From Octopus sinensis (taxonomy: Eukaryota), in contig NC_043014.1 in assembly GCF_006345805.1 (NCBI RefSeq), forward strand, positions 41,416,001-41,480,000: DNA of 64,000 bases, in the 5' to 3' direction. The number at the start of each line of letters is the position of its first letter. The first letter of the stretch is position 1. Position numbers and translations under genes: made by a program. Positions 38,829-52,846 of the stretch are shown in pieces. Below the pieces are notes generated by a model. It had not been told where the DNA came from and searched no databases. It saw nothing but the letters and a program-made list of their open reading frames with translations.

Positions 38829-39609
38829 GGCGGCGTTTAACGAAATTCACTGTCTTGTTTTATAGACATTAAAATTAGGTACACGGCATCTGGCGTTCCT
38901 TACTGATAACATTTTACGTGCGAATATCTTTGCAGTATTAATAGGTTTATAGTGTCGGTACTTTTGCTGAAGTATATATATACTGTTGGTGCAGGCGCAT
39001 AGATAACGCATTCACTTCGAAAAATATAAAAAGGCATATGTATACAACAAACTTAAAAGCAGATCAGTAAATAAAATGGTAGGGAGAGAGATAGACGAGA
39101 TAGACAGAAAGACAAACAGGGAGAAGAAAGAATAAATGAAGGAAGGAATGTGTGAGCGCGTATGAGTTGGGGAGAGAAAGTAAGATGGGGTTCAGAACGT
39201 GACAATGAAAGGAGAAAACAAAACAGCGAAAGAAGATTCAATGATAACAAAGTAGAGAAATAATTTACGTAATATTTCTCGAAAACACGTTGGATCACTG
39301 CTGGTCAATATTGTATGAAATAATAAATTTCAGTAAATGTCTCCACTCTTGTTACAGTGTAATTAGAAATATTTTATGCTTAATTTCACAGTAGAATTTT
39401 AGCAGATGTCGCTTGCTATTTCTACGGCGGTATATTATGTCAGCACCTTTTCACTTCTGTAATATTACGTATAAAAGTTACACGTCTCTGTCAATTTGTC
39501 AATAAGTCTTCATTATGTAATCTAGATTATGTAACCAATGACCATATTATGTCAATGAAATGTACGTAAGACGATGTAATAAAATATCTTAAACGTGTCG
39601 CATGTTTGC

Positions 39610-39824
39610 AATATATATATATATATATTATACACACACACATGCACACTCACACACACATATACATATGTATTTATATACATATATGTATGTGTGTATA
39701 TATGTGTGCGTATTCATGTATATATATATGTGTATATATGTATATATATGTACATATACGTACGTATGAATATATATGTACATATATGTAACTAGACGTA
39801 TATATGTATCTATATATACATAAT

Positions 39825-39858
<34 letters not shown>

Positions 39859-40172
39859 ATATATATACATGTACTTATATGTACATATATAGCATCTTCT
39901 ATATACATATTTAAATATATATATATATATAATGTATTTATATATATATATATATAAATGTAATTATATGTATATATATATGCATATATATATACATATA
40001 TATGTATATATGCACACATGCTTATTATTTATGAATATATATGTATATATGCATATATGTGCATATTTCTCTATAAATGTAAACATACACAAACATGAAT
40101 GCACCTGTGTATGTAAACATGTAGATATTATGCTTATTATATTTACGTACCTATATCTGTAGACGTTATATA

Positions 40173-40213
<41 letters not shown>

Positions 40214-40945
40214 AGACACTCCACGTGTAAGATTAGGCGCATGTCTTTAAACTTGTCTGAGTTCGATATATTTGTGATATTAAACACTGGACGTGTGCAG
40301 AAGATACATCGATTTCCTTTGTTTCTTGGGAAACTAAAAGCAAAGGGATTACGTTGGATATATAGAAACAAAACTACTCATAAACACACGCTCATACAAA
40401 TGCCTACAAACGCACTCACTTATATACATATGCGTAAATAAGCGTCTATGTGCGTTTACAGCTGGTGCCTATATGTAAAACTACTAAGCAGTGATACATA
40501 GGTCATATTGTGTGTACATATTTACATATGAATTTAGCATTAGCTTCAAGTCAACTAGATGAAAGAAACAGAAGAAAATCCTCTTCTGAACTCTCCTTGA
40601 GCTGAAAAGAGGATAGAAATGATATTGGACGGATTTAGCTAAGTACCTATCTATATAAACATGTGTGCTTGTGTGTGCACGCGCACACACACATGCACAC
40701 GTATATGCATAATATACATTGCTAACTAGACTTGTTTATGTATGCGTTCGTATGTGTGTATACATGTATATGAATGTGGTATATGAATATATATTTATAT
40801 ATTTATATATGTATTTATAAATATGTATGATATATAATGCTTTTAAGTATATTATATATATCATATATATATGTGTGTATGCTTGTGTCTGTGTCTGTGT
40901 TTATGTGTGAGTGTGTGTGTATATATACATGTATATATGCATACA

Positions 40946-40992
<47 letters not shown>

Positions 40993-41024
40993 TGTGTTTG
41001 TGTATATATATGTGTATATATATA

Positions 41025-41067
<43 letters not shown>

Positions 41068-41074
41068 ATGTATG

Positions 41075-41125
<51 letters not shown>

Positions 41126-41152
41126 TTATATATATATAATATGTATATATAT
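39610..41152. repeat. (TA)n/(TG)n-dominated low-complexity field
   Basis: Direct inspection. Unique island at about 40215-40660. Confidence 0.8.
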
Positions 41153-41839
41153 GGACTCACATACGTCTTTCAATTATTCTCTTTCTCCTTTAAATCTCTT
41201 TTTGTCTTTATGTCTCTCTTTCTCTTTCTCTCGTATTCTCTTTCACTCTTTCTGTCCCTCTCTATTCTCCTTCCCACTCCGTTTCTCGCATTACACAGGC
41301 ACATCCACACATCCACACTTATATGCACTACGCTAAACAAATACAAAGAATAACTTCCATCAGGTGAACGCTTATACCGTAAGACTTAGAAATAACTAAT
41401 AAATATGAACAATAACGTTACTGTGTAGAACAAAAGAATCTGATTTGACAGAAGAATGGTAAGATAGGGTAAGACGTGAAACAATAATGGAACGGCAATG
41501 CCATTTCTTCTCAAATCAACATTTTATACGTCTTAAGATAAATAGCTACACGTAATCATATTTAGTCGTATTATAATTTCGAAAGTGAATGCCATTGCTA
41601 AAATATGGTCCTGGTAAAATGTTTCTTGAGATACGCAGCCCAAATGTTATGATTTTTTTTTGTTTTTTGAAAAACCATCTTTGTTAATTGGCTTTTTATC
41701 TTACTTCGATAAGAAGAAAGAATCCACAACCTCCAGTCTCAATAAACCACTGCTGTCCCTGAAAGTTGCTTTTTCAATTTACTACGGTTTGCTTGAAGCT
41801 AACATTCTTCCCACACCTCGATCCTTGGATCATATATTT

Positions 41840-41939
<100 letters not shown>

Positions 41940-42090
41940 GTATGCGACAGGCTACTTTCAGTTTCCTCCTATCGAATCTACTCAAAAGGCTCTGGTCGGC
42001 CCGAGGCTATAGTTGAAGATACTTACCCAAGATGTCACCCCGAACCAGGTGGTTGGGATGCAAACTTTCTATATACCAAACTCACCCCAA
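41940..42090 (-). mobile_element. SINE family B 5' half, degenerate
   Basis: ggtcggcccgaggctatagttgaagatacttacccaag. Confidence 0.7.
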
Positions 42091-42867
42091 CTTAGTGTAT
42101 TTAGATGACATAATAGACGCATGGACTTATTAGGCCCCATCTCAATTTTAGCAGCCGATACGTGGGAAACAAAATGTTTTTCGTGCATCAAAGATTAAGG
42201 ACTCAGGGTGATTTTTAGAAACTTTTTTTTAAAGTGGTGTTATTGGTGGTGGAGGGTGGCGTCGCATGTGCCATAAAATACAACAAGTACTTGACATTAG
42301 ATATATGAGAGGAAAAAATCAAATTTAGAGCATATCCAAATACAGAATGACATATTCTCAGTTTCTCAGGTTTCTATTATTCAACGATATTCTGAGTTGA
42401 AAAATGGATGTTTTTTTTTGCGATCTCCTTCACACTACAGATTTATTTCCTTTTACTCGTAATTCATTCTGCATTTTTTTTTTCGAATATCTTTTGGATT
42501 CATAATCTGTTCCTTGGTTGTGGAAAAAACTAAAAATGACGAAATACATTTAGATAAAAAGGTTACAAAGTTGTAGAACCATATAAAACGTTTCCTTTCA
42601 ATTCAAGACTATTTAAACCATCTTCTATATTAAACTGAAAATGTTCTGGGTTATAAGTGTAGTTGTTGCTGCTGTTGTTGTTGTCGTTGTGTAGTCCTAC
42701 GTTAGTGATTCAGGAAATCTTGTAATCTAAGGTATTCCAGTCATCGCCGTTCTGTTTTCTTTCTTTCGTTCTTTTTTTTTTTGCTTGGACGTATTCACCT
42801 TCACTATATTCTCCAAAATCAGCACTTTTAAGATGGTAAGCTGTGCAGTATGTACACCGCAGTCTCT

Positions 42868-43192
42868 GTGGCGCATGGTTCAGTGGCTAGAGCGTCGGGT
42901 TAACCATCTTGAACCAGTGAGTTTGATTCCCGGACGAGCTGTGTTGCGTTCTTGAGCAAGACACTTTATTTCACGTTGCTCCAGTTCACTCAGCCGTAAA
43001 ATTGAGTTGCGACGTCACTGGTGCCAAACTGTATCGACCTTAGCCTTGGATAAGATTGGTGACGTGGAGAGGAGAGGATGATATACCTGGGAAACTGCTG
43101 GTCTTCCAAAAACAACTATGCCCGGACTTGTGCCTCGGAGGGTAACTTTCTAGGTGCAATTCTATGGTCATTCATGTCCGAAGGGGCTCTTT
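42868..43192 (+). mobile_element. CORE-type SINE (family D)
   Basis: Head ggcgcatggttcagtggctagagcgtcgg..gagtttgattccc followed by the CORE-like segment ttcttgagcaagacactttatttcacgttgctccagttcactcagc. Confidence 0.8.
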
Positions 43193-43196
43193 ACTT

Positions 43197-43572
43197 CTCT
43201 CTTTTACTTGTTTCAGTCATTTGAATGCGGCCATACTAGAGCAACGTCTTTAGTCGAGCAAATCGACCCCAGGACTTATTCTTTGTAAGCCTAGTATTTA
43301 TTCTATCAGTCTCTTTTGCCGAACCGCTAACTTACAGGGACATAAACACGCCACCATCGATTGTCAAGCGATGTTGGGGGGAGGGGCAAACACAGACACA
43401 CAATTACATACACACATACATTCATACATATATATATATATATATACGACGGGCTTCTTTCAGTGTCCGTCTACCAAATCCACTCACAAAGGCTTTGGTC
43501 GGCCCGAGACTATAGTAGAAGAACCATGTGGTTGGCAAGCAAGATACTTACCACACAGCTACTCCTGCGCCT
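43197..43572 (-). mobile_element. SINE family B
   Basis: Head and tail both present, with a small internal deletion. Confidence 0.9.
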
Positions 43573-43705
43573 ATTTATACATAACGGATTTCGATCACAT
43601 TATCCGATATGTTCTTTCGCCATGAAGACAATTATTCTGGTACATCATCTTCTTAACAAGTTCCTTCACTAAGGGTCATCTACAGGAGATTATGTTTATA
43701 ATAGA

Positions 43706-44071
43706 CTAGCAGTATCGCCCGGCGTTGCTCGGGTTTGTAAGGGAAATAATTATATAAGCATTTTTAGAGATGTAAAGTATAATAGCCATCTCAATATGGC
43801 TAACCACAAAGGGGGAGGGGTGTTACTGTAGCTTTTTACGTTCTGAGATTTAATAATAAATTTTATATGGATTAAAAATGGGAAAAATTGATGGTAAATT
43901 TTTTTTTAAATCGTAGACTCATCGTAGACGTGCGCTAATACCCAGACGGTCTCGATATGAATCACGACTATAAGATACCCGGTTTTGGTTAAACTGCACC
44001 GCAAAATGTGGGAGTAGTTAGGAATCTAAATCGTAGGAGACAGACACACAACCTCACTTTTATATATAAGA
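43706..44071 (-). mobile_element. Complete non-autonomous Helitron
   Basis: On the minus strand it starts A|TCTTATATATAAAAG and ends with the hairpin cccgagcaacgccggg followed by CTAG|T. No TSD, and insertion is between A and T, as is canonical. Confidence 0.88.
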
Positions 44072-44171
44072 TTTCCTCTATTTACATAATATTGAGGTCT
44101 CTTTCTTTCTTTTGTTATCTTACTGTTTTTACCATATACACACATATATATATATATATAAATATATATAT

Positions 44172-44494
44172 AGTTACAGAGATGTACTTGCATAGCAAGT
44201 GACTTGATCTGAGATCGTGTGCTGGAACGAAAACAGTTGCAGCGTTGAAGGTGTTTATAAGCCATTTAAGAAACACACAAAACCGTTAGATTCACTTCAA
44301 CATTTAAATTTAATTTGTCAAAATATTTTCGTCGCTTTGAGACCGCGACCTGTTAGCACGATATTTTTGTCAGTGAACAGGTCGCGGTCTGAAAGCGACG
44401 AAAATATTTTGGCAAATTAAATTTAAATGTTGAAGTGAATGTAACGGTTTTTGTGTGTTTCTTAAATGGATTACAAACACCTTCCACGCTGCAA
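44172..44494. mobile_element. Asymmetric fold-back element in (TA)n
   Basis: ~118-bp inverted arms at 44237-44354 and 44376-44494, 21-nt spacer, unpaired extension at 44172-44236. Confidence 0.85.
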
Positions 44495-44599
44495 TATATA
44501 TATACACACATATATATATATGTATATATGTATGTATGTATGTGTGTATATGTGTATGCATGTATGTGCGTGTGTGTGCGTGTGTGTGCGTGTGTGTGC

Positions 44600-44790
44600 T
44601 TGTGATTGTCCTCCACCACTGCTTGACAACGAATGTTGGTTTGTTTACATCCCTGTCACCTAGTGATTTGACAAAGGAAACAGATAGAATAAGTACAATG
44701 CTTACAAAAATAAAACTGGAGTTGATTCATTAAACTACAATTCTTCAAGGCATTGCCCCAGCATGGCCACAGACCAATGGCTGGAAAAAG
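44600..44790 (+). mobile_element. SINE family B 3' half, old
   Basis: gcttgacaac..gatagaataagtac..ccccagcatggccacag. Confidence 0.7.
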
Positions 44791-44854
44791 CAGAAGAATA
44801 AAAGAATACATTCTCTGCTTTGGTCTTATGTTCAAGGCATGAGAAAGCTTGAGT

Positions 44855-45135
44855 TTACATGAGAAGGCCTAACAGACCTGGTAGAAACAGCAGCCAAATC
44901 TCCCTCAAATCACACCTTACTGTCTTATGTATGTATATATATATGAGCCAATGAGGGGGACCTCTACATGGTAGCTAGACCTGGTAGAAATAGCAGCGAA
45001 ATTTCCCCCAAATCACACCTTACTGTCTTATCTATGTATATATGTATGAGCCTATGAGGGAGACCCCTACATGGCAGCTAGACATGGTAGAAATAGCAGC
45101 CAAATCTCCCTCAAATCACACCTTACTGTCTTATC
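44855..45135 (+). repeat. 103-bp tandem repeat, about 2.6 copies
   Basis: agac(c/a)tggtagaaa starts at 44874, 44977 and 45080. Confidence 0.9.
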
Positions 45136-45169
45136 TTTCTGCTACTTGGATATAGGTCTTATATTCATC

Positions 45170-45645
45170 GTAAAAACTTTCCTGTCACACACTCACGCAC
45201 ACGCACACACACACACACACGCACCCTCACACACACACACACACGCGCACACACACACACACACATGACACACACGCACGTTAGCTTACAATTTTATTTA
45301 TATATTTGCGTGTCTATGTGTGGAAAGAGGAAGTGGGAGGCAGAGTGAAAGAATCACTCACTACAGTAAGTGAATTAGTTTCATTTTATTCGTTGCCCAC
45401 TGTGTGTGTGCGTTTGCGTGTGGTGTAAACCAGACTAAGAAAAGCATTTGACACACACACCAGAATGTGAGTTTTCTGTAAATTTTGCTTAATTGGAGTT
45501 TAAATTTTGAAAACTGGACCTGGCATGACGCGATGCATTGTACTCTTAAAAATGCTAGGAAAATTGTAATTGAAGAAATCCTATATTGTAGATATGTATA
45601 ACTCCCAAAGGGAGGCAGATAAAATCTGCCTTTTATAATAAGAGA
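45170..45645 (-). mobile_element. Helitron-like 5' fragment
   Basis: Minus-strand start a|tctcttattataaaaggc. No 3' hairpin or CTAG was seen. Confidence 0.45.
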
Positions 45646-46017
45646 TACTGCTGCAATGTATTAATAAATGGCTGCATGTTCTAGATTATATATTTTGCAG
45701 TTTTGTTTTTGTTTTTGGTAAGGAGAGACAGCAGAGCCTATTACATTTTCTTAGAGCCTCCTAGATTGGCGGGAAGGACAGAAGGATTATACCCAAACTA
45801 GCTTCAATGTTTGATACAGAATAAATTCTCCAAAAGGCACATAAAGGTACTAGGTTGTAGTGAGAAATCGGACGATTGCTTCTGTCTATCACCCAAGTAG
45901 GCCAGGACAAAATTTGAACTCAGGTCGGACAGGGCCGGAAGAAAGAGCACAAGACATCCTGCTCCTTGTTTCTTCACTTGGAATATATTTCAAGCGGCGA
46001 AATTATTGTTGTCTAAA

Positions 46018-46592
46018 TCTTAAATATACCTTGTTCCAGTGTACCTATTAACAAAGGTCTTCCAACTATGGCCATCACAACTGTCATTCCAAAATAATAT
46101 TTTCAAAACCATTTTGTCCAATCCCTTTTTTCTTCATGAACACAAAATCCTAAATATACCTTGAGCCAGTGTATCTATAAATGAAGTTCTTCCAACTATG
46201 GCCACCACATCTAGTATTTCCACATAGTATATCACGACCTTTTAATCCGATCCCTGTTCTCTTCAGGAACACAAGATCCTAAATATGCCTTGAACAAGTG
46301 CATCTATGAATGGTCTTCCAACTATGACCACCACATCTAGTATTTCTACGTAGTATATCACGATCTTTTAATCCGATCCATGTTTCCTTCAGGAACACAA
46401 GATTCTAAAATATATCTTGATTTTGTGTACCTACAAACAATGGCCTTCCAACCATGATCATCACATCTGGTGTACCCACATAATATTTCAAGACCCTTTT
46501 ATCCGATCTCTGTCTCCTAAATATGCTCTAATCCAGTATACGTATGAACAAGGGTTTTCCAGTTATGAACATCGCAACTGGTATTCTCACAT
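46018..46592 (+). repeat. Diverged ~129-bp tandem repeat, about 4.5 copies
   Basis: ctaaatat..cttccaactatg..cac units start near 46020, 46150, 46279, 46405 and 46517. Confidence 0.85.
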
Positions 46593-48011
46593 TTCCTTTA
46601 GTGACAACATTCTGAATAATTTGAGGGAGATTCAGATGCTACGTCTAGCAACTCGCCAGATCACGTAGAGGCTCTCTTCTCTCGTTGACCCGTTGGTCTC
46701 CATTACGGTGAGGGCATATAATTTTTCCATTCATTTGGTATTTTATTCCGCTTTTATCAAGTTATAACCAAATATAGCAACAATTGAAGTTTTTAGTATT
46801 ACACATATAAAACATATTGTAGATTCAAATTAATCTCAGAGGTCGTTGAATTTGTCTTCAGATCTTTCAACATTTTATTGCTCCCATTGTTACTACTAGA
46901 GATAAGAGAAACAGATATAGAACTCTTATGGTTCATTGCACTGAAATATAGATAACAGAATTATGTTATTCGACTACTTTCACTTTCACTTTCTCTTTTC
47001 TACTATTTGTGTACTGTAGGAGAGTCTTCAGCAAAGATGGGAAACAATTTTGTTACGGATGTTTATTCTACTTCGTCATTCATTGTTCTTTTTTTTTATT
47101 TTTTACTCCTCTCCTCCTATAAAACAGCTCTAATCTGTTCTGTCGTTGATTCATACAATCTCCACCAAACACACTGAAAGAGCAAGTACCTAATCACCTT
47201 ATTTCATTACTCTTACAGTATTGTTGTTATTTTAATGACGGTGGCGGTGTGTAGTGTTTTCTTCTTCTCTGGAGACTGTATTTACTTTCCTTGTCGAGAG
47301 GATTACGTTTTATATTTTAATCGGTCGACACTAAAGTGATGAGCTAACAGAGTTGTTCTATAAAACTTCTAGCTCAGCACTGTCATCTCTGAGTAAACAA
47401 TAACACCAGATTCTACAATCCGTTCACTAGAAACAGAAAGAGAGAGTGTTGACGCACATACAGGATAAAACAAAAAGGGGAGAGAAAGACGAAAGGAGAC
47501 AGAGACAAACAGGAAAAAAATCTGAATGACAATGGATAATATCAAAGCAAAGGAATAATACAATCTATGCTCAATTTTATAAACGTTTGTCATAGTTACA
47601 TGGTTAATGTAAAAATCCTGTCGCTATAACTCAGCGTAACCCTGTCGATATAACTGTGAAAAGAAAACATTGTTTTTATTTCTTGAATCGATTTTCCAGC
47701 TTCCATTATTAAGGGAAAAGGCCATTATCTTCATTATGGAATTGAGATTATCACCATTGTCTTTTCGGTTTTTGCCCTTATTTTTCTAACGGTTCAGCTT
47801 TGAAGGGAATATGCAAATTATACAGTGGAAATCCAACTCTAGTGTTTTTGTACCGGTCGGAGGCGCTCAAACGACACAGATTTCGCATCAGCATTTTATA
47901 AGCGTATGAATACGGTGAGCAGCAAGCAGAACCCCCAAAATGTCTTGTTGTGTTTCTCTAAATTTTGTATATGGTTGCGGGGTGTCTCTGAAAAATAAAA
48001 CGAAGACAAAG

Positions 48012-48090
48012 AATATATATATATATATGTGTTATATATATATAATATAATATATATATATATATATATATCTGTGTGTGTGTGTATGTA

Positions 48091-48127
<37 letters not shown>

Positions 48128-48253
48128 GTGCGTGTGTGTGTATATATATATATATTTATATATTGTATGTGTGTATATATATATATATGTGTGTGTGTGC
48201 GTGCGTGTATATATATATATAATATGTGCGTGTGTATGTATATATTATATATA

Positions 48254-48296
<43 letters not shown>

Positions 48297-48305
48297 CATA
48301 TATAT
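48012..48305. repeat. (TA)n/(TG)n microsatellite
   Basis: Direct inspection. Confidence 0.9.
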
Positions 48306-49050
48306 AAAATTGCCAAATAATCTAACCGGACGGACCTCGGTAGCATCTAAAGGTTGCAATTGTTTTCTTTTAATTTGCTTTGGATTTTGTGCTATAACGA
48401 ACTGCCGTGATTTACAAATCGCTGAATAATAATGCATCTGCATATGTGCGTTGATGTGTGCTTCGCTTACATGTCAATATAAGCAGCAGTAGTAGTAGAC
48501 GGCGGAATGAATGAATAAATGAATGGAGCGTCGGATTTAATATCTTGTAATACTTAAATATATCCTTGTTCGTTTCTAGGAGCAGATTCTTACAGCGTTA
48601 ACGTTTACTCTTAAAGTTAAGTATTGAAAGTGCTTTAATCGATTATTATACCATACTACCAGAATGCAGTTGCTTTGTTCAATTATATTCTCGCCATGCT
48701 TGGGTTTATATTTCAATTTTATATTCATAGACGTTATCTGGGATCAAATCATTTCATTACGCAGCGAACTGATGCGTATGATAAGGATGTCTACAGAATG
48801 GGAGAAAGTAGCTTTATGTAGCACATATACGAGGAACTTACATTGACCAAGCAGAAGGTTTCTTGTCTGAAGGATCGTGGAACCGTATCCAGCTTTGATT
48901 CAGCATTTCGTAATAGGCCCTCTGATATTTTCAAAGGCCAACGATTCCTCTTGGCAATGCAGTGTGTTCTACTGATTTGTTTGATTCCAAGACGGACGAT
49001 TCGGTGGCGTACTTAATAATGAGTTATATGATTGTAGATATATTAGACTG

Positions 49051-49458
49051 TAACACGCGTTATAGGCCAGTGATTGCTTTCGTTATTCTTATTATTGTTC
49101 AGTTCACACTATCTGCATTATTCATCCAGACATAAATTTAATGCGGAGTTGTCTGCTGATTGTTTTATGACCCGTAAGCATAAACCTCCGTGTGTCTTAA
49201 ATCTCTTCTTTGCTGTCGAAATGAGAGGGTCCACCCACATTACACATCCTGCTATATATTTTTTTGTTCGAACCAAATTCATCTAAAGAAAAGGGGTTAA
49301 TTTTTTTTCATGATGTAATCAATAAAAGAAACATGCCGTAGTAAACCTTAACACATTTGTTACTTCTTTCTTTCTTTCTTGATACACACACACACACACA
49401 CACACACACCACATCTATCCATATAAAGATAGAAGTCACTGGCCTATAACGCGTGTTA
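49051..49458. mobile_element. MITE-like element with perfect 23-bp inverted ends
   Basis: taacacgcgttataggccagtga (49051-49073) / tcactggcctataacgcgtgtta (49436-49458). The terminal TA could be the TSD. Confidence 0.7.
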
Positions 49459-49521
49459 TCTATCTACCTATCTATCTATTTATCTATCTATCTGTCTGTC
49501 TGTTTTTCTATCTATCTATCA

Positions 49522-49605
<84 letters not shown>

Positions 49606-51459
49606 CTCTCTCTATAATCGACTAGTCCCCTCCCCTAAATTTGAGACCTTGTACCTCCAGTAAAAAGGATTGATAAGATACTAAAGTGTGATCTTATGAA
49701 GATTTGACTGCTGTCTCTAGCAGGTCAGTAATGTAGTGTGCCCTATTTTAGTCCTTCACAGCTGTAGTGTCGTTTTTCTTTTTTTGTTATTGTTGTTGTG
49801 TATATATTATTGTTGTGTTTGGCCTGATTTGATAGACCCAGGATCAAATGCATATATCATGTGGCCATGATGGTGGAGCTGGTGGCGGTGGTGGCGGCCG
49901 TGGCCGTGATGGTGGTGCTGCTGTTGTTGTTGCTGTTGTTGTATCAGTATTCTTGTTAATGTTGTTAATCTTGATAATATAGGTTCTGTTACTGTTGTTT
50001 CACATCTTATCCAGGTCTAATCGATAAAATCCCGACGAACAAACTCATTAAGCTGTGGTCATCGTTTCTTGTGTCTATGTGCAAGCAACGCAGAACCATG
50101 TTATCCATTGTACCCTTGTACTTTGAGGGAGGTTTAGCTGCTATTTCTCGTAGGTCGGCTGAACGCGTAATCTCGTTTATTGTTCAGTGCTATCGATAGG
50201 TGAATCTTGATGCTGACAAGACAGGTAATGTCATGCACAATTCTGTTTATTTATTCAAAAGCATCACTATAAACCCATCAGGCTCTCGTACGTATATTAA
50301 CTTCGTTTATGTCAATACGTAAGAGATTAATCAAGGAAAAATATAACCAGCAAGAAACCAGAAACTTTCTGATTGGCGCAGGTGGTTTTAAACCAACTTG
50401 GAAAATACGAACCCATTTTTATTTATTTCTGTATAAAAATACATGTAAAGGAGTGTATAGTTCAGTTGATGCCATTATGCAGCTGTCCAAAGTATGTGAT
50501 GGTGCCTTAATGTCTAGGAATCGTTAACAAAGGACAAAGAAGTACGCATTTCCCCTTTCGCTTAGAGTAATTATGTAACATATGATATCACGGAATGTTT
50601 TAGAATTCAAACGTTTTCCAAAGTATCATTGATAAACGTGTGCGTGAGTAATTCTGTTTAATTGTTCAATGTATATATCTGTATACGAATTAGAATCTAT
50701 TTACGCATAGATATATATATATATGCAAGCATGTATACATATACATACATGTATGTGTGTGTGTATATATAATTGTGTATCTGCTCTTAATATCCATGTA
50801 TGTAACTATGTATCAATGCATGCAATGTGTAGATGTATACATACATATACATATGTGTCTCTGCATGCGTAATCTCAGCTATTTGTATTGAGCCAATATA
50901 CCACAAAATGTTTAATTTAGTCTCAACATATCCCTACGTATGAAGAATAGCTTTACATCTCTCTCTCCTCTCTCTCCCTCTCCCTTTCTCTCCTTCTCTC
51001 TCTATACATATATACATATACGTGCATACATACACACACACATATATATCCTAGCTGCTTTCTCGTATACGAGCAAAGCTATTGCTAGAAAGAATCATTA
51101 AAACGAGTCAATATTGAAGCAATGTAAGGACCTTGTATGACTCTAGAGCCCGGCGAAAATGTTGCACATTCTATTACCAAAAGCACAGCGATGCTAGCTG
51201 GCAGAAGAAACAGGTACCACAGTATGAACTCTTTCGACATGTCTTTTCAATCCTCCAACGGATAGGCACACCTTTCCGCGTGTTTTGAACAGTAGCCATG
51301 TCGCAATTTACCATTGGTCGATTCCTGTGAGTTCCCTGATGGTTGACCAGGCCCGCACACCTCAAGCACCTCCTCTTAGAAACCACACACACAAAAATCA
51401 ACACTCCCTCATTTTCCACAGGTCCATTCTTTCTAAGACTTCTCCTAATCTTCTTGTGC

Positions 51460-51565
<106 letters not shown>

Positions 51566-51714
51566 ATCTATCGATCTATCTATCTAACTATATCTCTCTC
51601 AAACCTTGAACAATCACTGTATACTCTCTTCCTCCATCCATCTCGGTCTTGTGCCTCCGTCTCCCATTCAACAACTGAAATTCCTGTGTCAGACAATTCT
51701 GAGGCAGACCTTGA

Positions 51715-52495
51715 ACCCATAGTGTGGTAGAAGCCATAGCCACTCATAATAAAAAGGAGTACTGATGGAATGTACCGGTGAAGACTTCAATGAAATGTAA
51801 GCACAACAGATCTGATATAATCATTTGGGACAGACAAGAGAAACTGTGTGCAGTAGTGGAAATTAACTGCTCAGCAATTGTCAACATAAAGCTGAAAATC
51901 AATGAAATAGAGAACACCTAAGCTGAACTATTGAGAAATCTGCAGTTACTCTATCCAGATTACAAATTCAGGTTTATACCTGTCATTATTGGGGCTCTGG
52001 GATAAGAAACGCACTGCCTAAATACAAATGTTCAGAAATTTGGCTTCTCAAAACCAGAAAGGAGAAAGCTAATTCGAAGGTTACAGATCCAATCCATCAC
52101 TGGGACTTTAGAAATCTGTAATACTTTTCAGAAGTTTATCATTTATATATATACGAGCATGTCTAAATATGTAACTATATGCATGAGAATACTTAAATAA
52201 AACATACAAATCTACATATACATACATACGTACATACATACATACATACATACATACATACATACATACATCATACGTACAGTCATGCATACATACATAC
52301 ATACATACATACATACGTATAGTCATACATACATACATACATACATACATACTTACTTACATACATACATACATATATACACACAAAAATATCCCGTTGC
52401 TGATGTTGAAATTCCAATGACGGGACCTTGGATATAGGTTAGAAACCGGTTCTTTCTCTATTGGCAGGAAATCTTGAAATAAACTGAATAATGAC
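51715..52495 (+). mobile_element. Decayed RLE-type (R4/Dong/NeSL-like) LINE 3' end
   Basis: Translates ..WNVPVKTSMKCKHNRSDIIIWDRQEKLCAVVEINC..FIPVIIGALG..LQIQSITGTLEICNTF, i.e. the HNRPD..E+.C PD-(D/E)xK endonuclease motif, with in-frame stops. The 3' UTR ends ctgaataatgac|atac. Confidence 0.85.
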
Positions 52496-52499
52496 ATAC

Positions 52500-52755
52500 T
52501 TACTCTTTTACTTGTTTCAGTCATTTGACTGCGGTCATGCTGGAGCACCGCCTTTAGTCGAGCAAATCGACCCCAGGACTTATTCTTTCGAAGCCTAGTA
52601 CTTATTCTATCGGTCACTTTTGCCGAACCGTTAAGTTACGGGGATGTAAACACACCACCATCGGTTATCAAGTGTTGTTGGGGGGGACAAACACAGACAC
52701 ACAAACATATACATACACATACATATATATATATACTTATATACAACAGGCTTCT
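52500..52755 (-). mobile_element. SINE family B 3' half
   Basis: Young-looking tail cttttacttgtttcagtcatttgactgcgg. Confidence 0.85.
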
Positions 52756-52759
52756 GTCG

Positions 52760-52846
52760 ATATTCCAATGAAGGCAACTTGGATCATGGTTAGAAACCGG
52801 CTTTGTCTATTGGCAAGAAATCTTGAAACAAAATCTGAATAATGAC
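52760..52846 (+). mobile_element. Short 3'-terminal copy of the RLE LINE UTR
   Basis: attccaatga..ggttagaaaccgg..ctgaataatgac|atacatac. Confidence 0.75.

Noticed and set aside
47798-47914. 117-nt segment with a good acceptor and a GTGAGC donor
   Set aside because: Stops occur in all three frames. It could be a non-coding exon but that cannot be supported.
48836-49012. Minus-strand open frame ending at a GTAAGT donor
   Set aside because: The acceptor is weak and the peptide is not recognisable.
52414-52456. Hammerhead-like CCAATGA..GAAACCGGTT in the LINE 3' UTR
   Set aside because: All three copies lack the essential G5, stem I is poor and the cleavage triplet varies. It is treated as a UTR hairpin.
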